A DNA stretch of 64,000 nt from Gemmatimonadota bacterium (GCA_036679645.1 JAZDCY010000016.1:1-64000), one strand, 5' to 3'; counted from the first letter of the stretch, positions 39,831 through 50,603 are shown. Numbers and translations: made by a program. Notes: a model not told the origin generated them from the sequence alone.

Positions 39831-40862
39831 TTACTTCCACACGAACGCCGGATAGGCATCGAGATCGCCGCGGAGTAGCCGCGCCAGGAGCCGCGCCTGC
39901 AGGTGGATCAACAACCCTACCGTGGTTTGCTCGCCCAGGAAGGGGTGTGTGATCTCATCCTGCTTGCGCTTCTGATACGCGATCAGAACCGTCTTTCGCG
40001 TGTCCTCGGACATCTCGACTCCACCGGATTCCGTCTTGCGGAAGCCCTTCGCGTGGACCTGCTGGCGGTTGATGAGCGTGAGGGCGAGCCGATCCGCCAG
40101 GAACGGTCGGAACTCCTCGATGAGATCGAGCGCGAGTCCGGGTCGGCCTGGACGGTCGCGGTGGAGGAAACCGACCTGGCTGTCCAGCCCGGCCGCCTCA
40201 CAGGCGGCTCGCGCATCGTGCCCGAGCATGGCGTACAGGAACGAGAGCAGCGCGTTGACCGGATCCAGCGGCGGCCGGCGGTTGCGCCCGGTAAACGCAA
40301 AGCCGTCGGGCTGCCCAGTGATCAGGTGGCCGAACACGGCGAAATAGATGCTGGCGCTCTCCCCCTCGATCCCGCGAATCAGGTCGAGCCGGTCCGCCGC
40401 CTGGACCTGTTGGATGGTGTGGGCCAGACGCGCCGCCGCCGCCTGCACAGCCGCCCGACCTTGGCCCTCTGGATAGTCTCGAACGCTCCGGAGCAGCACG
40501 GTCCGTGCGTTCGCGACCTTCGCAGTAACGAGATTCCGCGCAATGACGGCGCTCCGAGACTCGTCGTCGGCGCGGCGGTACTGCTCGCGACGCAGCAGGA
40601 CGTTGCCGGGTGTGAAACCGAGCACGCGGGCAAGGAACTTCCCCTGCTCGCTCAGGAACGAGATGGCGATACCCCGTTCGGCGCACGCGTGCATTAGCCA
40701 CGGGCTGATGTTGACGAGACCGAAACACACGATCCCGCCGAGCGTGTGGAGCGGCAGCTGAAGGCGGGTCTCCTCCCCGAGTTTTACCTGGAGTGCCTCC
40801 CCGTACTTCGAGACGTACGCGCCTTGCGTCGTCACGAACAGGGTATTCAGGTGCTGCTTCAC
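39831..40862 (-). CDS. cas1: Cas1, type I-C
   Basis: LNTLFVTTQG, GNVLLRREQY, RRPPLDPVNALLS and LALDLIEEFR motifs. Confidence 0.97.
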   Translation of the reverse strand: MKQHLNTLFVTTQGAYVSKYGEALQVKLGEETRLQLPLHTLGGIVCFGLVNISPWLMHACAERGIAISFLSEQGKFLARVLGFTPGNVLLRREQYRRADDESRSAVIARNLVTAKVANARTVLLRSVRDYPEGQGRAAVQAAAARLAHTIQQVQAADRLDLIRGIEGESASIYFAVFGHLITGQPDGFAFTGRNRRPPLDPVNALLSFLYAMLGHDARAACEAAGLDSQVGFLHRDRPGRPGLALDLIEEFRPFLADRLALTLINRQQVHAKGFRKTESGGVEMSEDTRKTVLIAYQKRKQDEITHPFLGEQTTVGLLIHLQARLLARLLRGDLDAYPAFVWK

Positions 40863-41545
40863 GGTGTCGCGCCTTTTGCCTCATCGAGCGTGACGCCGAC
40901 GGCGCGGGCGAGGTAACGGGCCGCCGAGCCGCGGGCGCGCCCCATAGCATCGGGGAGGCATATGTGGAGCAGGGAGCAGCGGTCGCATTTGGGCTCGCGT
41001 CGCGCCCGCGGCGTGCGGCGCGACGTGATGAGTTCGTGCAGGCGCGCGGCCGTTCCCTCGGTCAGGCGTCTGAGCGGAGCGTCAAAGGTCACGTCATGGC
41101 GCTTCCGCGTGCGGCCGTAGTACAGGGCCCCAGCCGGAACCTCGGTGTGCAGCATGTCTTCGAGGCACAGCGCTTGGGCACACAGTTGCACCTTGTCTGC
41201 CTCGTGGCGCTTGGGACGGCCGCGTTTGTACTCGACGGGGAACACAATCTGGCTGTCGCCAGCCGCGCGGAACTCGACTATGTCTGCCTTGCCCACGAGG
41301 CCCAACCGGGTCGATCGAAGCGCCAGGCCCCGCGTGACGCGAACGCCCGACCGGGTCTCGGGCCGGCCGTCGTGCGCCTTGTCGTGCATATGACGCCCCT
41401 CGACGGTCAGGCGGTTCTCGGCCCAGAGGCCCTCGATGTGGATCAGGGCGCACTGCCGCTCGCAGAAGAGCAGGTGTTGGAGGGCGGAGATGGGGAGGAG
41501 GTCGTCCTCGGTGAAGCCTGCTTCCGCCCCACCCACAGGGGTCAC
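40859..41545 (-). CDS. cas4: Cas4
   Basis: ISALQH..FCERQ, PVEYKRG, QLCAQALCLE and C-terminal CxxCS...C motifs. Confidence 0.95.
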   Translation of the reverse strand: MTPVGGAEAGFTEDDLLPISALQHLLFCERQCALIHIEGLWAENRLTVEGRHMHDKAHDGRPETRSGVRVTRGLALRSTRLGLVGKADIVEFRAAGDSQIVFPVEYKRGRPKRHEADKVQLCAQALCLEDMLHTEVPAGALYYGRTRKRHDVTFDAPLRRLTEGTAARLHELITSRRTPRARREPKCDRCSLLHICLPDAMGRARGSAARYLARAVGVTLDEAKGATP

Positions 41546-41955
41546 GGACGGACTTCTCCAGGCAACTCCGCGAGAATCGCGTCGTTGAGACGCCGTGCCA
41601 GTGCCAGCGCCGCGCGCGGCTCATCCGGAGCCGGCTCGGCGGGCTCTCCCGGGTAGCGGAACTTCCAGGCGTAGTCGGTAAGGCCTCCGCTCTCGCGGAT
41701 CACCTGCTCGAGGTCCGGCGCGATCTCAAGCACCTGGCGCCCCAGATCGGCAATGTTGTGCGTCTTCCGAAAGATGCGTCCGTGCCACGTGAGGAAGCCT
41801 TTGAGCGCCTTCTCGGCAGCCTGCTGGCAATGGAACAGGGCGTCTCCCGCAAGTGGCGGTTCGACGTTGCTGATGAGCTCCGCGGCGCGCAGGTCGTTCG
41901 CCGCCTTGATCAGCCATGCGCGGGTCTCGGCAACGAACTCGGGATCAAGCGGCAT
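41542..41955 (-). CDS. HEPN-domain protein
   Basis: FHCQQAAEKALKG, KTHN and RYP motifs. Confidence 0.88.
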   Translation of the reverse strand: MPLDPEFVAETRAWLIKAANDLRAAELISNVEPPLAGDALFHCQQAAEKALKGFLTWHGRIFRKTHNIADLGRQVLEIAPDLEQVIRESGGLTDYAWKFRYPGEPAEPAPDEPRAALALARRLNDAILAELPGEVRP

Positions 41956-42301
41956 GGAGCAGCTTCCCTTCGCGCAAGACGGTCGCTGGGAGAGAGGCGG
42001 GTACGCGTGTGCGGCGATCGAACGCGGTGCTGGTCCACACGATGACATCCGCCGCTGTCCCGATCCCCCACAGCGCTTCGTGGGCCAGCCGGGTGCCCCG
42101 CCGGTCCGGTGTAGCGTCGTCGGGCACGATCACCATGAGATCGTAGTCGCTGTCCGCGTCGGCGTCGCCGCGGGCTTTGGAGCCGAATAGGTAGACGCGC
42201 TCCGGGTCGTATGCGTCCACGAGGCGGCGGACGATCTCGGCAAGCGCCGGATCGCGGTCTGGGAGCTGGCCCGTGGGCCTTCCCTGAGACTCAGGCATCA
42301 T
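41945..42301 (-). CDS. Minimal nucleotidyltransferase (MNT)
   Basis: LFGSKARGDADADSDYD motif. Confidence 0.9.
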   Translation of the reverse strand: MMPESQGRPTGQLPDRDPALAEIVRRLVDAYDPERVYLFGSKARGDADADSDYDLMVIVPDDATPDRRGTRLAHEALWGIGTAADVIVWTSTAFDRRTRVPASLPATVLREGKLLHAA

Positions 42302-44719
42302 GAACGATCATCTTGCCGGAAGGCACGCGATAGTTGACCAGGCGTACTCGGAAGCACTCACACTACCCATGCGCTCGTGTCCTTCTGGCTCAGCAAGTGT
42401 TCCTGCCGCAGGACGCCAGCCATGTAACCGAGAAAGTCGGCCTGGTACTCCAAATCGCCCAGGCCGTATAGCCCCAGGCCCCGATCGTAGCGGTCGGTGT
42501 GAAGCTTATCAAGCCCGAGGTCGATGATCCGCCCAGGCCACATCTGGACACTGTAGGTCAACAATTCCGTCGGTGAGATTTTCTTTCTGTTCCGCACTGC
42601 CTGTGCCAGGCCTGCATCTACAATGACTGTCGCCGTCTGCTGCGGGATAACGCGGCAGAGGTGCGCGACTCCCCGTCGGCAGTGGCCGTGGGCATATGGT
42701 CGGTACTCCATGCGGTTCTCATCCTCGATCAGTTTGCGCGCTTGGTCCTCAGCGCCAGCCGTCCATTCCTTCCGCATGGCTTCCGTCGCGAGCCAGGTTG
42801 TTCCCAGCTCGGGATCGTTGAGTTGGCTCCTACTGATGCGGTGGAGTGCTCGCCGAGGCACCTCGAAGGCAGGATTTCGTCGGAAGCGGGCGTCGCGGAG
42901 TCGAAGGTCCCAGACCTCCACCTCCTCCGCGTACTCGCCACCCCGGTTGACTCGACCGCCGACCTGAATCAGGCTGGCGGTGGACGCCGATTCCCGGAAG
43001 CCGGTACGGAACGACAAGTCCATCCCGGCTTCTACACAACTGGTTGCCACAAGGACCCAGTCATCGATCTTCCCTTCCTGCAGGCGAAGCTTCATCCGCT
43101 TCACAACCAAGTCCCGATGAGCGGGCGCAAGAGCAGTCGAAAGATGTAGCACGTCGTGGCCGGCTAGGCGCATCGCTCGTGCAACTACCGCGGCCGTCTG
43201 CACGGTGTTGACGACGAGTAACCGCGGACCAGGCTTCTCCGACACGAACTTCAGAAGTCCGTCCAGGTCAAGAGCCGGCTCCAGTTCATCCTGATCGGCT
43301 TCATTCTGGCCCGCTTTGGTAATCCTGCGCTCCACGCGGACGCGCCGACCTTCCGCTCGTCGGAGCTCGTCCCTGAGCTGTCTGTTGCCTACGAGATCCG
43401 GCACGGGCGGCATTCGCTTCTCGGATCCCGTTCGGATCAGCTCCCGGTACTCGGGAAGCTCCCAAAACCGCGGCAGCGAGCCGCTAGCGAGTACAAGGTG
43501 CCCACCCCAGTCGTCTGTCCACGTCTCCAGCCATCGCCACACCTGTGGCCAGAGGTGCGAGGGCATAGCCGCGTGCATCTCGTCCACGAAGACGGCCGAT
43601 CCTGGCAACTCGTGCAGCTTTCGCAACCGGGCTGGATGATGGCTGCCCAGGGTTTCGAAGAATTGCACCGCAGTCGTGACAATGATTGGCGCCTTCCACA
43701 GCGTTGCGAGTTGTCGCAGCTCCAAGTCCTCGAAGTCGGCCCGGTGGTGATGCTCGGCGACCACGTCTTCCGGGCGCTCACCCTCCAGCACCAATGCCTT
43801 GCGGTACACGTCCACAGACTGTGTGATGATGTTCGTGTACGGCAGGACGACAACGATGTGGCGCAACTGAGGTTTTCCTTCGGTCGCCACGCGCAGGAGG
43901 TGGGCCATTACTGCCGTCGTCTTGCCGCTCCCCACCGGAGCATCGCAGGCACGGATCGCTGGCTCAATCGCGGCATCCCGGCAGGCTTCAAACACCCGTC
44001 GGCGCGCTTCATTCCGCTGCTGTTCTCGTGGTTTCTTTCCCTTCGGTAACCCGTCGACGTACCGCTGCAGTGCCGCCGCGCGCTCATCCCATCGGGTCTC
44101 GATGCCCGGCGTCTCGACCTCACCGCCATAGTGCCGTGCCGTGTCACCATGGTCAGCGTCTACGAGGCACGATAGGGCCAATCGACGGGTAAAGCCGCAC
44201 GGCTGCAATGCCTTCGGTTTAGCCTTCGGTAACTCCGGACAGCCAGCCGAACGGTGGAGATTCCGATACCCGTCGAGTCGGCCTTTCGCATCGACGTGGT
44301 CCGCTACAACAAGACCACCTGGGGTCTCGCGCCTTAACTGGCGGAACGGTCGCCCCTGTGGTTCAAGGAAATCCTCCTTCAGACTGAACAGCCCGGCATG
44401 ATGAGCGGCGACTAACGCTACCGATTCCTGCCAGTTAAGGCGATCCAGTTCGGCCACGCCTGCGTCCTCATGCGCAATCACTAACCGTTTGCGTGAACTC
44501 TGCTGCGGATTTCGGACCCATTCGGACACCTGTTTCGGAATCATCCGGACACCCATTTCGGTTTTATCCGGACACCTGTTTCGGAGCCATCCGGACACCC
44601 ATTTCGGACATTCGGACACCTGTTTCGGAGATGTCGGACACCTTCGCTGAGGGAGTGGGCGCTGGATAACTGAGGCGGATTCGGTCTCACTTCAGGGACT
44701 TTTCCCCGGAGTGATGCTG

Positions 44720-46366
44720 ATGCCCGCTCGGAGGTTGTCCATGCGCAAGATCGTAGACCTGCTGCGGTTGCAGGCGGAGGGGCTGAGTGTGCGGCAGGTG
44801 GCCGACAGCTTGGGCCTGCCGCGCAGCACCGTGGCCGACTACATGGGCCGGCTGAAGCGGGCCGGGCTGACGTGGCCGCTGCCGGATGAGGCGGACGAAG
44901 CGGAGCTTCTCGAGCGGCTGTTCGGCGCCGAGCGCTCTCGGGCTGGTGAGCGGCCGATGCCGGACTGGGCGACGGTGCATGCCGAGCGCAAGCGACCGGG
45001 TGTGACCCTGCACCTGCTGTGGCTGGAGTACAAGCAGGTCCATCCCGAGGGGTATCAGTACACTCAGTTTTGTGAGTACTACAAGCGCTGGCGTGCGCGG
45101 CTCGATCCCGTTTTACGGCAGGCCTACAAGGCGGGAGAGAAGGTGTTTGTCGACTACGCCGGTCAGACCATGCCCGTCGTCGACGGCGAGACCGGCGAGG
45201 TGCGGCAGGCGCAGATCTTCGTCGGGACCCTAGGAGCGAGCAACTACATCTATGCCGAGGCCACGTGGACGCAGCGCCTGCCCGATTGGACGGCCGCGCA
45301 CGTGCGGATGTACGAGGCATTCGGAGGTGTCCCGGCCCTGACGGTGCCCGACAATCTGAAAACAGGCGTACGGCACGCCTGCTACTACGAGCCGGATCTC
45401 AATCCCACATATCAGGACCTGGCCACGCACTACGGGACGGCGGTGCTGCCGACGCGGGCGGCCAAGCCCCGGGATAAGGCCAAAGTGGAGACCGGCGTGC
45501 AACTGGTGGAGCGCTGGTGCCTGGCCCCACTCAGGAACCACACCTTCTTCAGCCTCGCCGAGTTGAATTGCGAGCTGCGGACGCATCTCGACACCCTCAA
45601 CGAGCGACCGTTTCAAAAACTGCCCGGTACCAGACGGCAGCTCCTCGAGACGCTGGAGCGGCCGGCCTTGAAACCCTTGCCGCCGACGCCCTTCGAATAC
45701 GCCGAGTGGAAGAAGGCCCGCGTCAACATCGACTACCACGTCCAGGTCGATAGCCATCTCTACAGCGTCCCCTACATGCTCGTGCGTCAGGAAGTGGACG
45801 TGCGCCTCACGGCGAAGACGGTAGAGGTGTTGCACCGCGGCAAACGCGTCGCGGCCCACCGGCGTAGTCATCGTCCGGGCCGCTTCACTACCGAGCCGGG
45901 CCACCGTCCCAAATCCCACCAGCGGCATCTCGAGTGGACGCCATCGCGGCTGATACGCTGGGGAGCCACGCTGGGGCAGCACACCGGCGAACTCGTTGCA
46001 CACATCCTCGAGAGCAGACCCCATCCCGAGCAGGGATACCGCGCCTGCCTCGGCCTCCTCAGTCTCGCGCGCAAGTACGGCCCGGAGCGAGTCGAAGCCG
46101 CGTGCACGCGCGCCCTGCGCACTCGGGCAACGACCTATCGATCCGTGAAATCGATCCTCGAACATGCACTCGATCGTCTGCCGTCCGAGGAGGAGCAGAT
46201 CACCCTGTCGCTTCCCGCCGACCACGCCCATGTGCGCGGGTCGACCTATTACGCCACGCTCACTACAGCAAACCATCGACCGCATGCACGAACTGCGATT
46301 GACGGGCATGGCCCAAGCCCTCGACGAACAACGGGGCCAACCCGATCTGCACGACCTCGCCTTTGA
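44720..46366 (+). CDS. istA: IS21 transposase
   Basis: N-terminal HTH; VFVDYAG, VPDNLK, PRDKAKVE and YSVP motifs. Confidence 0.93.
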   Translation: MPARRLSMRKIVDLLRLQAEGLSVRQVADSLGLPRSTVADYMGRLKRAGLTWPLPDEADEAELLERLFGAERSRAGERPMPDWATVHAERKRPGVTLHLLWLEYKQVHPEGYQYTQFCEYYKRWRARLDPVLRQAYKAGEKVFVDYAGQTMPVVDGETGEVRQAQIFVGTLGASNYIYAEATWTQRLPDWTAAHVRMYEAFGGVPALTVPDNLKTGVRHACYYEPDLNPTYQDLATHYGTAVLPTRAAKPRDKAKVETGVQLVERWCLAPLRNHTFFSLAELNCELRTHLDTLNERPFQKLPGTRRQLLETLERPALKPLPPTPFEYAEWKKARVNIDYHVQVDSHLYSVPYMLVRQEVDVRLTAKTVEVLHRGKRVAAHRRSHRPGRFTTEPGHRPKSHQRHLEWTPSRLIRWGATLGQHTGELVAHILESRPHPEQGYRACLGLLSLARKYGPERVEAACTRALRTRATTYRSVKSILEHALDRLPSEEEQITLSLPADHAHVRGSTYYATLTTANHRPHARTAIDGHGPSPRRTTGPTRSARPRL

Positions 46367-47030
46367 GGACCGGCTCGCCCTGCTCGTGGAACGCGAAGCC
46401 ACCGCCCGGGCCGATCGCAGATTGACCCGGCTGCTGCAGCTCGCAAAGCTGCGTCTCCAGGCGAGCGTCGAAGAACTCGACTTCAAGACCCCTCGTGGAC
46501 TCGATCGCTCGGTCATGTTACGGCTCGCTGGCTGCGACTGGATCCGCCAGCATCAGGTCGCCCTGCTCATCGGAGCCACGGGCACGGGCAAGACCTTCAT
46601 CTCCTGTGCCCTCGGCCACAGTGCCTGTCGACAGGGACTGCGGGTGCGCTACGTCCGGCTGCCTCGTCTCTTGCACGACCTGGCGCTCGCCCAGGCCGAC
46701 GGCTCCTACGGCAAACTCTTGACCGCCTTAGCGAAGACAGAACTCTTAATAATCGACGACTGGGGCCTGGCACCGCTCGGTGATCGCGAACGCCGTGACG
46801 TGCTCGAAGTCATCGAAGATCGCTACGGCCGCCGGGCCACGATCGTGACCAGCCAGCTCCCCGTCGAGCACTGGCACGAACTCATAGGGGACCCCACCTT
46901 TGGGGACGCGATCCTCGACCGCCTCGTGCACGGTGCACATCGGATCACGCTGAAAGGCCGGTCGATGCGCCGCAAGGAAACGACCAAGAAGGAAACGAAG
47001 AAGAAACCGACAACGAAAGAAGGAAACTAG
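46284..47030 (+). CDS. istB: IS21 helper AAA+ ATPase (start uncertain)
   Basis: GATGTGKT, IIDDWG, TSQLP and DAILDRLVH motifs. Confidence 0.92.
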   Translation: MHELRLTGMAQALDEQRGQPDLHDLAFEDRLALLVEREATARADRRLTRLLQLAKLRLQASVEELDFKTPRGLDRSVMLRLAGCDWIRQHQVALLIGATGTGKTFISCALGHSACRQGLRVRYVRLPRLLHDLALAQADGSYGKLLTALAKTELLIIDDWGLAPLGDRERRDVLEVIEDRYGRRATIVTSQLPVEHWHELIGDPTFGDAILDRLVHGAHRITLKGRSMRRKETTKKETKKKPTTKEGN

Positions 47031-47385
47031 GCCAGCACCCACACCTCGGTGTCGGTGTCCGACATCAGCCGAACGGACTGTCCGACTTCAACCGAACCAG
47101 GTGTCCGACATCAACCGAACTGGGTGTCCGGATGCACCGAAATCCGCACTCTGCCGAAGTACCGCCTGATTAGCCTCGTCCAGTTTGCCGAGGTCGTGGT
47201 ACAGCGCCGCCGCATCGACCCAGCCAATGAAGGCTTCCTGGTCACCGGCGTAAAACGCGACGGCGCGCTGAGCATTACCCACCGTATCGCGACGGACATT
47301 GGTGACGTGCGCGACGTACGTCTGTGCCGACACGCCATCCCGCCGGCTATGTGCTAGAGGCGGATCGCTCGACATCGCCGCTGCC

Positions 47386-48393
47386 TTACAGGAGCTGGCT
47401 GCACCACTCCGGCAGTTCGACACACAGGTCATACAGCTTGGCGTTCCTCAGGACGCCGTGGAAGTCATTCGGCAGCGCCCTGGGCACATCGTACTGATCG
47501 GTGAGTGGAACTTGGTCCGTTGACGGCGGCATTCTCTCGTCGTCCCTGGGTTCCCACTTCCGTTTCGGGGTGAGCTTCTCGATGAATTCGAATTCCGAGA
47601 ATGAGCCGAGGCTGTATTCGCTGCCTGGCTCGTTCTCGTGCTCGGCGTACCAAGCATGGCGAACGTCAACCATGCCACGTGGCGCGGACCGAGTATGCGG
47701 GTACGCGTAGCGGATCAGGCCCAACATGAGCGCGATGTCTTTCGCAGTACAGCCACTGTTCCTGGCGGCCGTCGGGTTGACAAAGAAGGGCATGCAGTAG
47801 ACACCGTGCTCGACGATTCGACTTGCCAGCGGCGCCATGCCGCGATCCTTCGACTCCTGAGCGCTAGCCTTCTTTGTGAGGGTGTCCCGAAGCACTCGCA
47901 CCGGAGCGGCCGATACGCCGATCGGAAAATGCGCGACGCCAGTGCGGATGTACTTGCGGTCACCAGCGGTGCTGCGCCTCCCGCCCTCAGGTGCGTCCTC
48001 GCCCTTCTCAAGAAAGGTGGCTCCGAAGGTGCGAGCGTCCCAGTACTTGTTCGCCACCTTGTTGGGGTCCTCATCGATGAGTTCAACGACTCTCTTCCAG
48101 GCTTCGGCGGCTTCCTTGACGTCAGCGAAGCCGCGCTCACGGGATTCGAGAATGGAGAACTCATCGTCATTCAACCGAAACTGACTCTTCAAGTGCTGCC
48201 AGACGTCGCCATCCTTCTGCTCTACCAGATCCCGCATCTTGCGCTTGAAAGACACCCCCGTGATGTATCCACGTCCGTCGTGATTTCGCTGGCGCGGGTC
48301 GCTCTCGCGATCCGGGTCGCCGTTGGGGTTCGAATTCCGCACCTCGATAACCAGCAGGCCGGTGGCTCGGGCAATACCGTGCTTCGCGTTCAT
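47386..48393 (-). CDS. cas7: Cas7, type I-C (Csd2)
   Basis: NSNPNGDP..PR, KRKMRD and YWDARTFG motifs. Confidence 0.9.
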   Translation of the reverse strand: MNAKHGIARATGLLVIEVRNSNPNGDPDRESDPRQRNHDGRGYITGVSFKRKMRDLVEQKDGDVWQHLKSQFRLNDDEFSILESRERGFADVKEAAEAWKRVVELIDEDPNKVANKYWDARTFGATFLEKGEDAPEGGRRSTAGDRKYIRTGVAHFPIGVSAAPVRVLRDTLTKKASAQESKDRGMAPLASRIVEHGVYCMPFFVNPTAARNSGCTAKDIALMLGLIRYAYPHTRSAPRGMVDVRHAWYAEHENEPGSEYSLGSFSEFEFIEKLTPKRKWEPRDDERMPPSTDQVPLTDQYDVPRALPNDFHGVLRNAKLYDLCVELPEWCSQLL

Positions 48394-48812
48394 TGCGTAC
48401 TGTCCTTCCCGTTTTGGCCATGTTTCTCATCCGGCGGTGAGGCGAGGAACCCGAGAAGGAGCTGGGCCTTCGCTACGTCGTCTACCTCGATCGGCAGGTC
48501 GGCGGCGCCGAGTGTGGCCGCGAGCGGCTGGTACTGCCGCAGCTTCTTCCTAGCCTCATTGACGGCGATCCGTTGCTGCTCCCTTTCCTCGCCCTGTGGC
48601 GTCTGGGCCGTCTTCGCCCACCGCACGTACTCCATCATTCGTTCGCCGAGGTCGGCAACCGCGGCCGCGGGGTTGTCCAGGGCTCGGCGCATCAGGGACG
48701 TGCCGATCAGGGAATTGGGCAACTGGCCCTTGCGAACAACGGTGCAGTAGTCCTTGTGCAGTGTGTCGGCCAGCGCCAGGACCTGGCCAACCTGGTACGG
48801 CGCATTCTTCAT
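48390..48812 (-). CDS. cas11: Putative internally translated Cas11 small subunit (140 aa)
   Basis: AAAGGAG-6 nt-ATG in frame inside cas8c. Confidence 0.65.
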   Translation of the reverse strand: MKNAPYQVGQVLALADTLHKDYCTVVRKGQLPNSLIGTSLMRRALDNPAAAVADLGERMMEYVRWAKTAQTPQGEEREQQRIAVNEARKKLRQYQPLAATLGAADLPIEVDDVAKAQLLLGFLASPPDEKHGQNGKDSTQ

Positions 48813-50603
48813 GTACTGCTCCTTTCGATGGCCGAGGGCGTCGAGCAGGATCGCGGAAACGGCTACCGCCCGCAGTGCTACCTCGTCTGAGAACCGTGCG
48901 TAGTCAGGTCGTGCTCTGTGCTTCTTCTGAGCCCTCAGGGGTCCGTAGGCGTGCTGGGCGCCGAAGACGCCGATCAACAGCGGCGTGAGACGCCGGACAA
49001 GCATCCTCAGCATCGACCGCGCTGCTGGCTCCCCCTTGCCCTCTGTTCCAAGCATCACGTCGAGCACCTCGCCGAGCCCCGGCCCGACGACCGCCGCCGA
49101 CTCGCTGCCACCACGCGCCCACTGATGCGACAGCAGCCGCACCACTTGGTCCGGATACGGTGGGAACGGCTGACCCTCGCCTGCCTCCAGTTTCTTCCCG
49201 TTTCGCGTCTCTTCAGGCAACCACAGCCGCACCTGCGGGGCATTTCGCTTCACCGCCTCAACCCACTTCTGAGCCGCGTCCAGCACTTGCTGAACGGTTG
49301 GTGATTCGGCTAAGACGACCTGAGCTTGTCCCTTTGACATCTCCCTGATCACGAATAGCTGAAGGCGTGACTTCGGGTGTTGCCTCGCAACCCCCTTCAA
49401 CGCTCGGACCAGAGCGGCGGCATCGACTTCGAATCGTTGTTCGTCCACACCCATTCCGCCACCGATGTATCGTGCGGTGTTGGCGTCAAGAGCAGGAGAG
49501 TCTTCGACGTAGGCGATAAGTACGTCCGGCTTCTCGACCTGCTGGCCCCCTGCCGATTCGAACCGGCTGCTCCCGACGAACTCCCAGGTCTGGCCTTGGC
49601 GAGAATCAGCGGTGATGAACTCGAGTGCTTCCTTCAAACAGTCAGCGCGGGCCTTGGCAATGGTGCAGCGAGCTGCGCTGAACATCGAGGAAAGCGGAAA
49701 GCGCTTTCGTCCGATCTTTTGCTTCCTCATGGAATAGACAGGAAGGTCGATCTTTGGAAGCGTTTCCCGCTCGAGGGCGGCCGCTTCACCAGTGAGCGCA
49801 TCGATACCAACCGTCGCGCTGTCCTTCTGGGTGTGCGAGTGCTTCCACGTTGGCTCGCGTGGCAGATGCTCCCTCAGCAAGTTGCCAATCCTCTCGCTGT
49901 AGAGAGGATGACTGAACAGATTGGGGTCGCTCACGTCAAATGCCAGTTGGACGGTCATCGTTGGGCGGCGGCCGTTTTCATCGGGCGGGCCTTTTCCTAC
50001 GAGCAGCTGTTCGACCTGGTCGATGGCGGAGAGCGTTCCTTGCTTGAGCCCTGCAAGGGCGACCTCGCCGATGCTGGAAAGTAGCGTGTCGGGTTGCTGC
50101 GCCGCGATCACAAAGCGTTTGCCAAGTGCTGCAACGACCTGGCCCTGGTCGTTCATCTGTTGAGCGCACTTCACCAGTTCGTTGGCCTTGCGGTCTCGGA
50201 GTCGGACCCACAGGTCCTGCGTCCTTTTGGACCAGAGACACACGGATCCCTTCTGTGACGCTTCCTCCAGAGTCGTGACACGCCGAGCATCATCCAGAGT
50301 TCTACGCCGTCTCTGATGCTTGTCGAAGCCAAGCTCTTGCCAGACATCGGCAGAGACCTCCGAGAGTGGCTGCTGCACGCGAACGACGGGAAAGCTGTTC
50401 TGGTTACCTTCCATCACAGTCCACGACGGCCAGTCCTCGTGCGTTACTTCTTCAATCGCCACTACTTTGCCTTGACTGTTCAGCCTGACGCGCAGGCATG
50501 GCGCTGAGCGACCGGGTTCTGGAACGCGCCTATGCTTCCGTTCTAGCCGAAGCGAGGGTGTTCTTTCCAGCGCCTGCCAGAGCCGCCATGTCTCATTGAG
50601 CAC
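48390..50603 (-). CDS. cas8c: Divergent Cas8c-like large subunit
   Basis: Lies between cas5 and cas7; C-terminal YQVGQVLA...LLGFLA helical domain. Confidence 0.75.
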   Translation of the reverse strand: MLNETWRLWQALERTPSLRLERKHRRVPEPGRSAPCLRVRLNSQGKVVAIEEVTHEDWPSWTVMEGNQNSFPVVRVQQPLSEVSADVWQELGFDKHQRRRRTLDDARRVTTLEEASQKGSVCLWSKRTQDLWVRLRDRKANELVKCAQQMNDQGQVVAALGKRFVIAAQQPDTLLSSIGEVALAGLKQGTLSAIDQVEQLLVGKGPPDENGRRPTMTVQLAFDVSDPNLFSHPLYSERIGNLLREHLPREPTWKHSHTQKDSATVGIDALTGEAAALERETLPKIDLPVYSMRKQKIGRKRFPLSSMFSAARCTIAKARADCLKEALEFITADSRQGQTWEFVGSSRFESAGGQQVEKPDVLIAYVEDSPALDANTARYIGGGMGVDEQRFEVDAAALVRALKGVARQHPKSRLQLFVIREMSKGQAQVVLAESPTVQQVLDAAQKWVEAVKRNAPQVRLWLPEETRNGKKLEAGEGQPFPPYPDQVVRLLSHQWARGGSESAAVVGPGLGEVLDVMLGTEGKGEPAARSMLRMLVRRLTPLLIGVFGAQHAYGPLRAQKKHRARPDYARFSDEVALRAVAVSAILLDALGHRKEQYMKNAPYQVGQVLALADTLHKDYCTVVRKGQLPNSLIGTSLMRRALDNPAAAVADLGERMMEYVRWAKTAQTPQGEEREQQRIAVNEARKKLRQYQPLAATLGAADLPIEVDDVAKAQLLLGFLASPPDEKHGQNGKDSTQ

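Larger units (their letters stand above)
44504..47148 (+). mobile_element. IS21-family insertion sequence, 2645 bp
   Basis: Ends TGCGGATTTCGG...CCGAAATCCGCA; multiple subterminal CGGACACC repeats; CTCTGC duplicated at 44498-44503 and 47149-47154. Confidence 0.95.
42358..47375 (-). pseudogene. cas3: Cas3 (HD nuclease + helicase) interrupted by IS21
   Basis: 5' part 47149-47375 carries YHDLGK; 3' part 42358-44497 carries HEDAG, HHAGL, DAD, GSGKT, DEMH and QVGGRVNR. The two parts rejoin in frame to 788 aa. Confidence 0.92.

Noticed and set aside
44510..44642. Regularly spaced CGGACACC repeats resembling a mini-CRISPR or iterons (also at 47048-47140)
   Set aside because: They are the subterminal transposase-binding repeats expected at IS21 ends.
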